This document shows, one piece after another, positions 48,496-57,523 of a DNA stretch of 64,000 nucleotides. Location: positions 11,139 through 75,138 of the forward strand of contig JAUSCZ010000042.1 of assembly GCA_030674475.1 (NCBI GenBank), read 5' to 3'. Every line of letters starts with the position of its first letter. The stretch's first letter is position 1. A model generated the notes under the pieces. That model did not search any database. It was given only the letters and a program-made list of their open reading frames with translations, and was not told the origin of the DNA. The position numbers and the translations under genes were made by a program. Source of the stretch: Candidatus Omnitrophota bacterium. Lineage in GTDB: Bacteria; Omnitrophota; Gorgyraeia; Gygaellales; UBA12090.

Positions 48496-49315
48496 TCTTA
48501 TTCTTAGCTCTTTACTCTTAGCTCTTAGTTCTGTATTATTTGGCTGTGCCACCGAATACAACGTAGCTACCCAAAGCGAAGAGTGGATTTATCACGATAC
48601 TGATAAAGAGATAAAGATAGGCAAGTCTGTGGCCCGGGAAATCGAGAAGGCCTACAAGATTAGTGAAAATCCTTTATTCCAGAATAGGGTTAAACAGATC
48701 GGAGCAAAGATTGCCGCTGTCTGCGACCGCAAAGAACTGATGTATTATTTTAATGTGATTGAGGCCCGGGAGGAAAAAGACCAGGAAGATATTGATGAAG
48801 AGGTAAACGCGATGGCCTTGCCCGGAGGCTATGTGTATTGTTTTAAGGGCCTGTTTATCGCGGCCAATCCTACTGATGATGAACTGGCCTGCGTCCTGGC
48901 CCATGAGGTCGGCCATATTGTGGCCAAGCACTCCCTTAAGAAACTGCAGGGCGCGATGGGCTATACCTTGTTGAGGATCGCGGCCATGGCTTCCGGAGCC
49001 CCGGAAGCCGGTTACGGCCTGGATGCGGCATTTTACCAATTGATGATGGGTTATTCCCAGGAGGATGAATTGCTCGCGGACAGGCTGGGGGTCCGTTATG
49101 CCAGGTTAGCCGGATACGACGGGCGCGGGATGATTACTTTCCTAGAGAAGCTTCAGCGGATAAACCGCAAAAAACCCCTGCGGCCTTTTTCTTACGGCAG
49201 GACCCATCCTTACGGGCCGGATAGAATCCGGGTGGTTAAAGAAGAAATGGGTGAGGGAATGAGTTTTAAAGATTATATTAACATTGAGAAAGCGGAGCAC
49301 GGGAGACATTATTGA
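48485..49315 (+). CDS. M48-family zinc metallopeptidase lipoprotein
   Basis: Lipobox LFGC. HEVGH zinc motif (LAHEVGHIVAKH). Confidence 0.8.
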   Translation: MSFNLILSSLLLALSSVLFGCATEYNVATQSEEWIYHDTDKEIKIGKSVAREIEKAYKISENPLFQNRVKQIGAKIAAVCDRKELMYYFNVIEAREEKDQEDIDEEVNAMALPGGYVYCFKGLFIAANPTDDELACVLAHEVGHIVAKHSLKKLQGAMGYTLLRIAAMASGAPEAGYGLDAAFYQLMMGYSQEDELLADRLGVRYARLAGYDGRGMITFLEKLQRINRKKPLRPFSYGRTHPYGPDRIRVVKEEMGEGMSFKDYINIEKAEHGRHY

Positions 49316-49360
49316 TTTGAATACAGGGCTTAGAAGCGGCAAATCGCGGAGATAAGTAAA

Positions 49361-49747
49361 ATGGAAAAGAAAAGAATCTTAGTGCTTGACGATGAAGTAA
49401 ACATCACCAGCATGATTAAGACTCGCTTGGAATATACCGGTGAATATGAGGTAAGGACTTTATCTGATGCCAAGAATATAGTCTCAGAGGTGCGTACTTT
49501 TAAGCCGGATTGTATACTTTTGGATTTGCTTATGCCGGAAATAGGGGGGATAGAGGTTTGTCAGATGCTTAATAACGACCCCCTGGGAATAACTATTCCC
49601 ATAATTGTGATTTCAGCCCTGGATAAGAATGTGGATAAGATTAAGGCTTACAAATTAGGGGTGGTTGATTACCTGACCAAACCTTTTGAGGCTAAGGCCC
49701 TGCTCTATGCTGTTGAGAAAGCGGTAAAATCCCGCCAGCCCAAATGA
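49361..49747 (+). CDS. Single-domain response regulator (receiver only)
   Basis: ILVLDDE, phospho-acceptor in ILLDLLMP, and KPF near the C-terminus. Confidence 0.85.
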   Translation: MEKKRILVLDDEVNITSMIKTRLEYTGEYEVRTLSDAKNIVSEVRTFKPDCILLDLLMPEIGGIEVCQMLNNDPLGITIPIIVISALDKNVDKIKAYKLGVVDYLTKPFEAKALLYAVEKAVKSRQPK

Positions 49748-49761
49748 GAGAGAAAGCGCTG

Positions 49762-50124
49762 TTAAGCGTTGTTATTTCCTTCCTTAATTAAAGAATTAAT
49801 ATAGCGGACTATTTGTCTGCGGTTGTGTAAACCTACCCTGATAAATTTTATTCCGGTTTCAAAATAATTCTTTCCATTTTTTCCTTTTACGGCAGTTGGG
49901 CTTTGCCAGACTACTTTGGCTAAACCATAAAAGGGCGCTTCCTGCGAGGGAAGGGAGATGTTCAATTCCACCAGCGTTTCCGGTTTTACCTTTTCTTTTA
50001 TAGGTAGGCGGATTCCTCCTCCGCTGACATCCATAGCGCGGATTTCGCCTTCCTCGTTTGAGCCCATTATCTTATAAGCAACACTAATCTCGCCTTTAAT
50101 CCTGGGAAAACTTCTCTTTTCCAT
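49762..50124 (-). CDS. PilZ-domain c-di-GMP-binding protein
   Basis: RSFPR (RxxxR) and DVSGGG (DxSxxG) motifs. Confidence 0.75.
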   Translation of the reverse strand: MEKRSFPRIKGEISVAYKIMGSNEEGEIRAMDVSGGGIRLPIKEKVKPETLVELNISLPSQEAPFYGLAKVVWQSPTAVKGKNGKNYFETGIKFIRVGLHNRRQIVRYINSLIKEGNNNA

Positions 50125-50163
50125 AGTTTTTGTCCTTTGGTTCAGCTTCTGATATTAAGTTAG

Positions 50164-50245
50164 TGCGGAAGGAGAGAGTTGAACTCTCAAGGGTTGCCCC
50201 ATACGCTTCTGAGACGTACGCGTATGCCAGTTCCGCCACTTCCGC
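50164..50245 (-). tRNA. tRNA-Leu (anticodon CAG)
   Basis: The minus-strand sequence gcggaagtggcggaactggcatacgcgtacgtctcagaagcgtatggggcaacccttgagagttcaactctctccttccgc has a long variable arm and T-loop ttcaact. CCA is not encoded. Confidence 0.8.
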
Positions 50246-50422
50246 AAAAACATATTGCTATATAATACCTTAGAGAAACTTTTCTGTCAATAAAGAAGGT
50301 GTTGTGATATAATGCGAATAAATTCAAATTACCAATGAGCATGAAAATAGAGCTTGGGTTATCCGCGTTCCGTAGCGGCGCGATTTATCGCGCCTGAGAG
50401 GAGATTTTCAGGCGAAAGACTT

Positions 50423-51400
50423 ATGAAACTTCTGTTTTATTTTAACTCGGTCTCCCAGATAATGCTTCAGATATTCCTTCTGGGGCTGGTGGGTTTTGTT
50501 TTGACCCGCCGGAAACTGCTTTCCCCGGAAGGGCTTACGGGGTTAACTACCTTTTTGATTGGAGTAAGTTTTCCGGCCCTGATTTTTTGGCAGGTTATTA
50601 CCAAATTCAGCTTTAGCCTGTATCCTCAGTGGTGGATATTTCCTTTAATCAGTTTAGCGATTACGCTTTTAGGCCTGGCCCTGGGGTATTTTTTCAGTTT
50701 TTCCCGGCGGGATATTAAATATAGGCGGGAATTTATCAGTCTGGTGGGTTTTCAGAACGCCGGATATATGCCTCTGATATTGCTTAACCGGATAGTTTCT
50801 AATAATGAGGCAGACACCGCGCTCATCTATCTATTTTTATTTTTACTGGGTTTTAACCTGGTGATTTGGTCCTGGGGGGTATATTTTCTATCCGGCCAGA
50901 AAAGAAAAGATTTTTCTTTGGGCAGTTTATTCAGCCCGCCGGTTATTGCCGTGCTTTTAGGTTTTTTGTTGGTGGCCTTAAAAATAAATCCATTTATTCC
51001 CGGCTTTGTCTTAGGGCCGCTGGAGATGCTGGGGAATTGTTCTTTTCCTTTGGCGGTGGTAGTAGTGGGGGCCAGCCTGGCGGAGTTGCGCCTATCCGAC
51101 AGACAGGACATCGCGGATAGGCTGGGGGAGAAAAAAATTATCTTTAAGCTGATTTTGGCTAAGTTGGTTGTCTTGCCTTTATTGGGATTATTGTTAATCC
51201 GCGGCCTGCGTCCGCCTTATTTAGTGGGCCTTTTGGTTATTCTGGAATTAGCGGTTCCTTCAGCCAACAGCCTGGCAGTTATATCCCGGCGTTATTGCCA
51301 GGAGGAGAAAATTATCAGCCAGGGAATATTCTTCAGCCATATCGCCAGCTTGATTACCATTCCTTTATTTTTGGCGATTTTTAACCTGATTGCTTTGTAG
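50423..51400 (+). CDS. AEC-family (auxin efflux carrier-type) membrane transporter
   Basis: About 10 TM helices. Starts at MKLLFYFNSV. The upstream in-frame extension to 50354 is probably not translated. Confidence 0.65.
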   Translation: MKLLFYFNSVSQIMLQIFLLGLVGFVLTRRKLLSPEGLTGLTTFLIGVSFPALIFWQVITKFSFSLYPQWWIFPLISLAITLLGLALGYFFSFSRRDIKYRREFISLVGFQNAGYMPLILLNRIVSNNEADTALIYLFLFLLGFNLVIWSWGVYFLSGQKRKDFSLGSLFSPPVIAVLLGFLLVALKINPFIPGFVLGPLEMLGNCSFPLAVVVVGASLAELRLSDRQDIADRLGEKKIIFKLILAKLVVLPLLGLLLIRGLRPPYLVGLLVILELAVPSANSLAVISRRYCQEEKIISQGIFFSHIASLITIPLFLAIFNLIAL

Positions 51401-51409
51401 CAGATTAAG

Positions 51410-51868
51410 ATGGAGAGAGTGGATATCGCGGTTAACCGCAAGGCCTTCAGGGATTACGAAATCTTAGAGCGCCTGGAGGCCGGGATAGTCCTGACCGGAG
51501 GTGAGGTAAAATCCCTCAGGGCCGCCAAGGCTGATCTTTCGGATAGTTTCGCCCGTATTGAAGAAAATGAGATTTCGTTGTATAATATGAACATAGCCAA
51601 TTATGCCCAGGCCAGCTATATGAATCTTGAGCCCAAGCGGATTCGCCGGCTTTTACTGCATCGTCCACAAATTCAAAGGCTTAAGGATAAAATCAGCCAG
51701 CGCGGCCTGACCCTTATTCCGCTGAAGGCCTATTTTAATGAGCGTGGGATAGCCAAGCTGGAGATAGCCTTGGCCAAGGGAAAAAAGTTCTATGACCACC
51801 GTGAGGATATCAAGCGCCGGGAATCCGATAGGTATCTGCGCCGGGCTTTAAAAAGCAGAGGCAAATGA
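51410..51868 (+). CDS. smpB: SsrA-binding protein SmpB
   Basis: NRKAFRDYEILE...GIVLTGGEVKS...LLLH conserved SmpB blocks. Confidence 0.9.
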   Translation: MERVDIAVNRKAFRDYEILERLEAGIVLTGGEVKSLRAAKADLSDSFARIEENEISLYNMNIANYAQASYMNLEPKRIRRLLLHRPQIQRLKDKISQRGLTLIPLKAYFNERGIAKLEIALAKGKKFYDHREDIKRRESDRYLRRALKSRGK

Positions 51869-52023
51869 TGAGAGAAACACTAAGTTCTAAACTCGAAACA
51901 CTAAATAAATCCAAAAGCTTAAACCCTAAATTCAAAATACATGTTTTGAGTTTTGTATTTATGGTTTTGAGTTTGCTTAGAGTTTAGTATTTCGGGTTTC
52001 GAATTTTTTAAAATAGAAGCGAG

Positions 52024-52457
52024 GGGGGTGAAAGGTTTCGACTTAGACGAGTTGGGTATCAGTGGCATGCCGCGGACGCAGGGAAGGCCGCGATAACAAA
52101 CCTTGCAAAAGTCAAACGCTAAAAACGAGAATGATCGTTTATTAAAAACAGTTGAGGGTTATGTTGCTCCATTTTTTGTTGCAACACCCCGCCCTGTTTT
52201 TACAGCGCCAGTCTTCGCTCACTAATCTGAGCGAAGCCCCTTACCGTTTAGCCTAAGAAACGGCGTAGGGCAAATTAGATAGGCTGGTTTCCTGCCCTGC
52301 CCTGGGACAGGGAATGAGAGCTATAAAAGGGATGACCCTTAGGGAATCACGGTTATCGGAGGCCCTGAGGATGACGGTTAAAAAGGTAACCTACGCATTG
52401 TAGAGGCTGGTATTTGACTGTTTGAGGACGCGAGTTCGATTCTCGCCACCTCCACCA
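52024..52457 (+). ncRNA. ssrA: tmRNA (SsrA)
   Basis: Lies directly downstream of smpB. The 5' end gggggtgaaaggtttcgac pairs with the 3' end ...ggacgcgagttcgattctcgccacctccacca. This is a tRNA-Ala-like acceptor with a G3:U pair and encoded CCA, plus a ggcatgccg pseudoknot region. Palindromic hairpins follow at 52458-52530. Confidence 0.8.
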
Positions 52458-52538
52458 ATTTTTTCATTAATGAAAAAATTGGTGGAGTCCGTTTTAATGT
52501 AAAACGGACTCTTCTATGCAGCATTAATGAAATGGGTA

Positions 52539-52615
52539 GTGTAGGGGTCAGCGTCCGCTGACCCTGTAATATCGTTGCCTTACCTGCCTGCCGGCAGGCA
52601 GGCGGCAACCGCTAC
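52539..52615. repeat. Inverted copy of the palindrome-containing intergenic repeat
   Basis: Reverse complement of 24068-24172, with a ~30 nt indel. Confidence 0.8.
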
Positions 52616-52664
52616 TTATAAATAAGGATTAGATTTAAAATGTATTTCAGCGCCACAAATTTTT

Positions 52665-54734
52665 ATGCCAAAAACTGATAATCTGAAAAAGATAGACATT
52701 CCGCCGGTGGCCAAATTTTTTCTGGTTATGCTTTTGGCTATATTCGCGACCGAGGCGGCAATTATGTCGGGTCTTTATTTTTTTCTAAGCTATCTGCGTC
52801 TTCCGCCGCTGTGGGAAGGATTTCTTGACAGCCTCACCTTGGCTGTTTTATTAACTCCGGTATTGTATTTCTTATTCTATCGCCCCTTATCTTTGCAAAT
52901 CGCCCGATATAAACAGGCTTTAGAGACAATCCAGGGATTAAAAACCGGATACGGCGTCATCGTCCGCACGGCAATGGATGGTTTCTGGCTTATCGATATC
53001 CAGGGGCGCATTTTGGAGGTTAACGATTCTTACTGCCGTTTAATCGGTTACAGCCGCGAAGAATTATTAACCATGTCAGTATTTGATTTAAGAGCTAATG
53101 AAAAACCCGAAGATACCAAAAGACATCTCCAGCGGATAATAGCATCCGGCAGTGATCGCTTTGAAAGTCATCATCGTGGTAAAGACGGCAGAATTGTGGA
53201 TCTGGAGGTCAGCGTTAATTATTTAGATGCTGAGGGCGGCCGGCTCTTTGCCTTTCTGCACGATATTACCGAGCGCAAAAAGAGGCAAAGAGAATTAGAA
53301 GAAGCAAACGTGTTTAATAGTTCCTTGGTCCAGACCATCCCTTTTGGAATGGATATTGTGGATAAGGAGGGAAATATTTTGTGGTTAAATCCCAGGCTGG
53401 AATCCGTCTTTGGCAAGGAAGCTATCGGCAAGAAATGCTGGGAACTTTACCGGGACGATAAACTGCCATGCGATAATTGCCCTTTGATAGGCGATATTGC
53501 TTTAGGTGAAACCGCGACTATTGAGATTTCCGGAGTACTCGGAGGGAGGAGTTTTCAGATTTCTCATATCGGGATGGTTTATCAGGGCAAAATGGCAATT
53601 TTGGAGATATTCCAGGATATTACTGAGCGTAAACAGAATCAGGCGATGTTAGAAAAGCTGGCCGTGGCAGTCAGGCAGACCGCGGATATGGTTGTTATTA
53701 CCGATAAGGACGGGAAGATTGAATACGTGAATCCGGCCTTTGAATTAGAGACCGGTTATAAAGCCGAAGAAGCTATTGGTCAGACCCCGCGCATACTCAA
53801 GTCCGGCCAACATGACCAGGGTTTCTATGAGCGGCTTTGGCAAACGATTCTCGCCGATGAAGTTTTTCGCGACATCTTAGTTAATAAAAAAAAGGACGGC
53901 CAGTTATATTACTCCGAGAAAACCATTACCCCGATAAAAGACGAACACGGAGTTATTACCAATTTCGTTTCCAATGATAAAGATATTACCACGCGAAAAC
54001 TCGCGGAAGAGGAGCTTCTAAAGCTGAATCGGGAACTGATTAAACTTGACCAGTTAAAGTCGGGATTTATCAATATGTCTTCCCACGAATTGCGCACGCC
54101 GATAGCGATTATCCGCGAAGGCATCTCCCAGATAGTGGAAGGACTGCACGGAGAGCTTAAGCCGGAACAAAAATATTTCTTAGATAAGTCTTTTAAGAAT
54201 GTTAACCGCCTGATCAAAATTGTAGATAATATCTTTGAGATTTCCGGACTTGATTCAGAAAAGGCCTTTCTGGAAAAAGAGTCCTTTGACATGGTGGAAT
54301 TAGCCCGAAGCGCGATAGCCGGCCTTGACCCGGAGATAAAGGGATCGGGGTTAGAGATAAGAGAAAATTTCCCCCGGAATAAAGTTGAGCTGAACGTTGA
54401 CCGGAAGAAAATAAACCGGGTTTTGACCGAGCTGATAAGAAACGCTCTCAAATTTACCGAGAAAGGTTATATTGAGATTAAAATTGAAGATAGGGAAGAT
54501 AGGGTTGAGTGCGCTGTTAAGGATACCGGAATAGGCATTGCCGAGGAAAATTTACCCGCGGTGTTTGATAAATTCCAGCAATTTGACCGGGATTTTGGGC
54601 CCGGAGAAAGAGGCACCGGATTAGGCTTGGCCATTGCCAAAGGACTTATAGAATTGCATAAAGGTAAAATCTGGGTAGAAAGCAGGATGGGCGAAGGCTC
54701 GAAATTTACCCTTAGTCTGCCGAAAGGAAAATAA
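52665..54734 (+). CDS. Membrane-anchored multi-PAS sensor histidine kinase
   Basis: N-terminal TM helices, three PAS/PAC-like blocks, HisKA H-box SHELRTPIA, and HATPase_c GTGLGLAIAKGLIELHKGKIWVES. Confidence 0.85.
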   Translation: MPKTDNLKKIDIPPVAKFFLVMLLAIFATEAAIMSGLYFFLSYLRLPPLWEGFLDSLTLAVLLTPVLYFLFYRPLSLQIARYKQALETIQGLKTGYGVIVRTAMDGFWLIDIQGRILEVNDSYCRLIGYSREELLTMSVFDLRANEKPEDTKRHLQRIIASGSDRFESHHRGKDGRIVDLEVSVNYLDAEGGRLFAFLHDITERKKRQRELEEANVFNSSLVQTIPFGMDIVDKEGNILWLNPRLESVFGKEAIGKKCWELYRDDKLPCDNCPLIGDIALGETATIEISGVLGGRSFQISHIGMVYQGKMAILEIFQDITERKQNQAMLEKLAVAVRQTADMVVITDKDGKIEYVNPAFELETGYKAEEAIGQTPRILKSGQHDQGFYERLWQTILADEVFRDILVNKKKDGQLYYSEKTITPIKDEHGVITNFVSNDKDITTRKLAEEELLKLNRELIKLDQLKSGFINMSSHELRTPIAIIREGISQIVEGLHGELKPEQKYFLDKSFKNVNRLIKIVDNIFEISGLDSEKAFLEKESFDMVELARSAIAGLDPEIKGSGLEIRENFPRNKVELNVDRKKINRVLTELIRNALKFTEKGYIEIKIEDREDRVECAVKDTGIGIAEENLPAVFDKFQQFDRDFGPGERGTGLGLAIAKGLIELHKGKIWVESRMGEGSKFTLSLPKGK

Positions 54735-54739
54735 CCTCC

Positions 54740-54835
54740 CCTATCCCCTCCTTGGTAAGGAGGGGATTAGCAAAGGTGAGCCGGGAAGGGTAAGAAATCC
54801 TCCCCTTGGCAAGGGGAGGCGGGGAGGGGTTAAGA
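54740..54835. repeat. Hairpin repeat family cctcccctt-NNN-aaggggagg followed by a G-rich tail (2 copies)
   Basis: atcccctccttggtaaggaggggat and cctccccttggcaaggggaggcggggaggggt. Related copies lie at 55316-55358 and 57431-57508. Confidence 0.8.
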
Positions 54836-54915
54836 AAGTAGCTTTGTAGTCAATGAATGAATTTACTCACTCCAAACTTCAAAGAACCAAACTAAATAAT
54901 CGGAGGGATATAAAG

Positions 54916-55365
54916 ATGGATAAGCGCAAAAAAAGAATATTGTTGGTGGATGATGAGCCGGATTTTGTGGAGTTGATAAAAAGCAGATTAGAGGCCAATG
55001 AATACCAGGTGGTAACCGCCAAAAACGGCAAAGAGGCCCTGGATTTGCTTAAATGCCTGACCTGCGATAAGTTTGACGCGATATTGCTGGATATCCTGAT
55101 GCCGGAGATAGATGGGATAGAAACCTTGAAAAGAATACGCCAGCAGGATAAGGAGCTTCCGGTGTTTATGCTGACGGCTTATTCGGACAAAGGGATGTTT
55201 GAGCAGGCCAATAAAGCCGGGGCCTCGGGATATATTGTTAAAACCAGCGACCTTCAGCAGGAAATCAATAATATTAATAATATCCTCAGGCTGGCCCCGA
55301 AGTATCACCCGGCGGAGAAATCCTCCCCTTACCAAGGGGAGGTAGGGAGGGGTAAGGAAAAATAA
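54916..55365 (+). CDS. Response regulator (receiver) with a short repeat-encoded C-terminal tail
   Basis: ATG at 54916 with a GGAGGG RBS. ILLVDDEPD. Phospho-acceptor in ILLDILMPEIDG. The last ~14 codons (SSPYQGEVGRGKEK) are encoded by a copy of the hairpin repeat. The six-frame ORF starts at 54853. Confidence 0.8.
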   Translation: MDKRKKRILLVDDEPDFVELIKSRLEANEYQVVTAKNGKEALDLLKCLTCDKFDAILLDILMPEIDGIETLKRIRQQDKELPVFMLTAYSDKGMFEQANKAGASGYIVKTSDLQQEINNINNILRLAPKYHPAEKSSPYQGEVGRGKEK

Positions 55366-55736
55366 TGGCTAAAAAGCGCTTGTTGTTGGTTGATGATGAA
55401 GTAGAATTGGTGGAGATGATAAAATTTCGTTTAGAGGCATCCGGCTATGAAGTGCTCACCGCTAATGACGGCCAGCAGGCCTTAGAGATTGCCCGCAGGG
55501 AAAAGCCGGACCTGATTATCCTGGATGTAATGCTTCCTAAAATGGATGGATATAAAGTGTGCGGTTTGCTTAAAAAGGATTCCCGGTATGCCCATATCCC
55601 GGTAATGATGTTTACGGCCAAGGCCATGGATGCCGATCTGAAATTAGGCCAGGAAGTTTCTGCCGATGCCTATCTGACCAAGCCCTTTGAGCCCAAAGTG
55701 CTTTTGGAGAAGATAAAAGAATTAGTCAAAGAATGA
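55365..55736 (+). CDS. Single-domain response regulator (PilH/CheY-like)
   Basis: LLLVDDEVE, phospho-acceptor in IILDVMLPKMDG, and LTKPF. Confidence 0.85.
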   Translation: MAKKRLLLVDDEVELVEMIKFRLEASGYEVLTANDGQQALEIARREKPDLIILDVMLPKMDGYKVCGLLKKDSRYAHIPVMMFTAKAMDADLKLGQEVSADAYLTKPFEPKVLLEKIKELVKE

Positions 55737-57430
55737 CCCGACAGAAGAAAACTTTAAGCGAGATGCTGGTAGAGCTTGGACTTTTGAGCCCGGAGCAGGC
55801 CAGAGAGGCTAAGAAGGAAGAAGAGCTGAATAGACAGCCCTTTAGGAAAATAATTGTCCAGAAGGGTTTTATCAGCGAGGAAGACCTGATTTCCTTTATG
55901 GCCAGCAATATGAACCTGCCCCAGATTGAACTGGAGAACTACATAATTGACCCCAAGATAATTGAACTTATCCCGGAGGGCTTGGCCCGAAAGCATCAGA
56001 TTGTTCCCCTTTTTAAAATCGCCAACACCTTGACTTGCGCTATGTTTGACCCCTTGAATATTTTTGCCATTGATGAACTGCGCAATAAAACCGGCTTTGA
56101 TATTGAAGCGGCAGTGGCCACCGAGAAGGAAATCAAAAGGGCCCTGAACGAATATTACAGCGCCAAAGGCGGGGTTGAAGAGATTGTTAAGGCCATTGAT
56201 AAAGAAAGGCTGGGGCTTAAAGAAGGAGAGGAGTTAGAGCTTAAAAAACTCCAGCAGATTTCCGGTGAGCCGCCGATTATCCGGCTGGTTAATCTTACCA
56301 TTATGCAGGCGGTCCACGATGGCTCAAGCGATATCCACATTGAGCCGGAGGAGGAAGTTTTAAAGGTGAGATACCGGATTGACGGCATACTCCATGACCA
56401 GTCTTCTTTACCTAAATACCTGGAATCAGCGGTGGTCTCGCGGATAAAAATACTCTCCAGCCTGAATATTGCCGAGCGCCGCGCCCCCCAGGACGGCCGT
56501 TTCCAGATGAAGGTGGAAAACCGCCAGATAGATATCCGGGTTTCAGTAATGGCCACAGTCTACGGGGAAAATGTGGTGATGCGCCTGCTGGATAGAAGCA
56601 ATACGGTTATGGGTTTACCCGATTTAGGCTTACCTAAAGAGGCCGTTAAAACTTATGAAAAGCTGATTCAGAGTCCGCATGGGATAATCTTAGTAACCGG
56701 GCCTACCGGAAGCGGGAAGACCACTACCCTTTATACTTCGCTGAATGTTATTAATTCTCCGCAAAAGAATATCGTTACTATCGAGGATCCGGTAGAGTAT
56801 CATCTTAACGGAATTCGTCAGATTCAGGTGGAATCCCGGTCCGGGGTGAGTTTTGCCACTGGTTTAAGGTCAATCTTGCGGCAGGATCCGGATGTAATAA
56901 TGGTAGGTGAAATCCGGGATAAGGAGACCGCGGAGATTGCTATTCAGGCGGCCCTTACCGGCCATCTGGTCTTTTCCACCCTGCATACTAATGATGCCTC
57001 CGGGGCAATAACCCGGTTGATGGATATGGGGATTGAGCCGTTTTTGATCACTTCTTCATTGAGCGCGGTTCTGGCGCAACGTTTGGTCAGGGTGGTCTGT
57101 AAGGATTGCAAGGAAGAATATGCTCCCTCCGAAGAGGTATTAAAAGAAATAGGGTTAGAGAGCAATCAGGATTCGCGGGTCAAATTCTACCGGGGAAAAG
57201 GCTGTCTAAAATGTAAGGACACCGGCTACAAGGGCCGGATAGGAATTTATGAGCTTATGGTTATGGATGAGAAACTGCATAATCTGATTGTGGCCAAGGT
57301 TTCCAGCGAGGAAATAAAAAGATATTGCCGGTCTTCCGGCGGCATAAGCTTAAGGCAGGATGGCTTAGAAAAAGTCAAGGCCGGAATAACCACCATTGAA
57401 GAAGTTTTGCGCCTAACTCCAAAGGAATAG
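55733..57430 (+). CDS. pilB: PilB/GspE-family type IV pilus assembly ATPase, copy 3
   Basis: N-terminal MshEN-like motifs (TLSEMLVELGLLSPEQAREAKKEE, FRKIIVQKGFISEEDLISFMASNM). Walker A GPTGSGKTTTLYTS. LTGHLVFSTLHT. CKDC...CLKC. Confidence 0.9.
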   Translation: MTRQKKTLSEMLVELGLLSPEQAREAKKEEELNRQPFRKIIVQKGFISEEDLISFMASNMNLPQIELENYIIDPKIIELIPEGLARKHQIVPLFKIANTLTCAMFDPLNIFAIDELRNKTGFDIEAAVATEKEIKRALNEYYSAKGGVEEIVKAIDKERLGLKEGEELELKKLQQISGEPPIIRLVNLTIMQAVHDGSSDIHIEPEEEVLKVRYRIDGILHDQSSLPKYLESAVVSRIKILSSLNIAERRAPQDGRFQMKVENRQIDIRVSVMATVYGENVVMRLLDRSNTVMGLPDLGLPKEAVKTYEKLIQSPHGIILVTGPTGSGKTTTLYTSLNVINSPQKNIVTIEDPVEYHLNGIRQIQVESRSGVSFATGLRSILRQDPDVIMVGEIRDKETAEIAIQAALTGHLVFSTLHTNDASGAITRLMDMGIEPFLITSSLSAVLAQRLVRVVCKDCKEEYAPSEEVLKEIGLESNQDSRVKFYRGKGCLKCKDTGYKGRIGIYELMVMDEKLHNLIVAKVSSEEIKRYCRSSGGISLRQDGLEKVKAGITTIEEVLRLTPKE

Positions 57431-57508
57431 GTAATCCTCCCCTTACCAAGGGGAGGCGGGGTGGGGTAAGAAATCCTCCCCTTACCAAGGGGAGGCGGGG
57501 TGGGGTTA
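57431..57508. repeat. Two tandem copies of the cctccccttaccaaggggaggcggggtggggt hairpin repeat
   Basis: Two ~38 bp copies with near-identity, with the downstream pilC RBS AGGAGG immediately after the second copy. Confidence 0.85.
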
Positions 57509-57523
57509 AGAAGGAGGTTTTGT

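Noticed and set aside
57431-57508. Tandem repeats considered as a possible CRISPR array
   Set aside because: There are only two adjacent ~38 bp units with no unique spacers between them. The other copies are dispersed. No cas genes are present in the window.
54740-57508. G-quadruplex formation by the cggggtggggt tails of the hairpin repeat
   Set aside because: Only three G-runs of three or more are contiguous. The fourth run depends on GG doublets. This is too weak to call without structure prediction or experiment.
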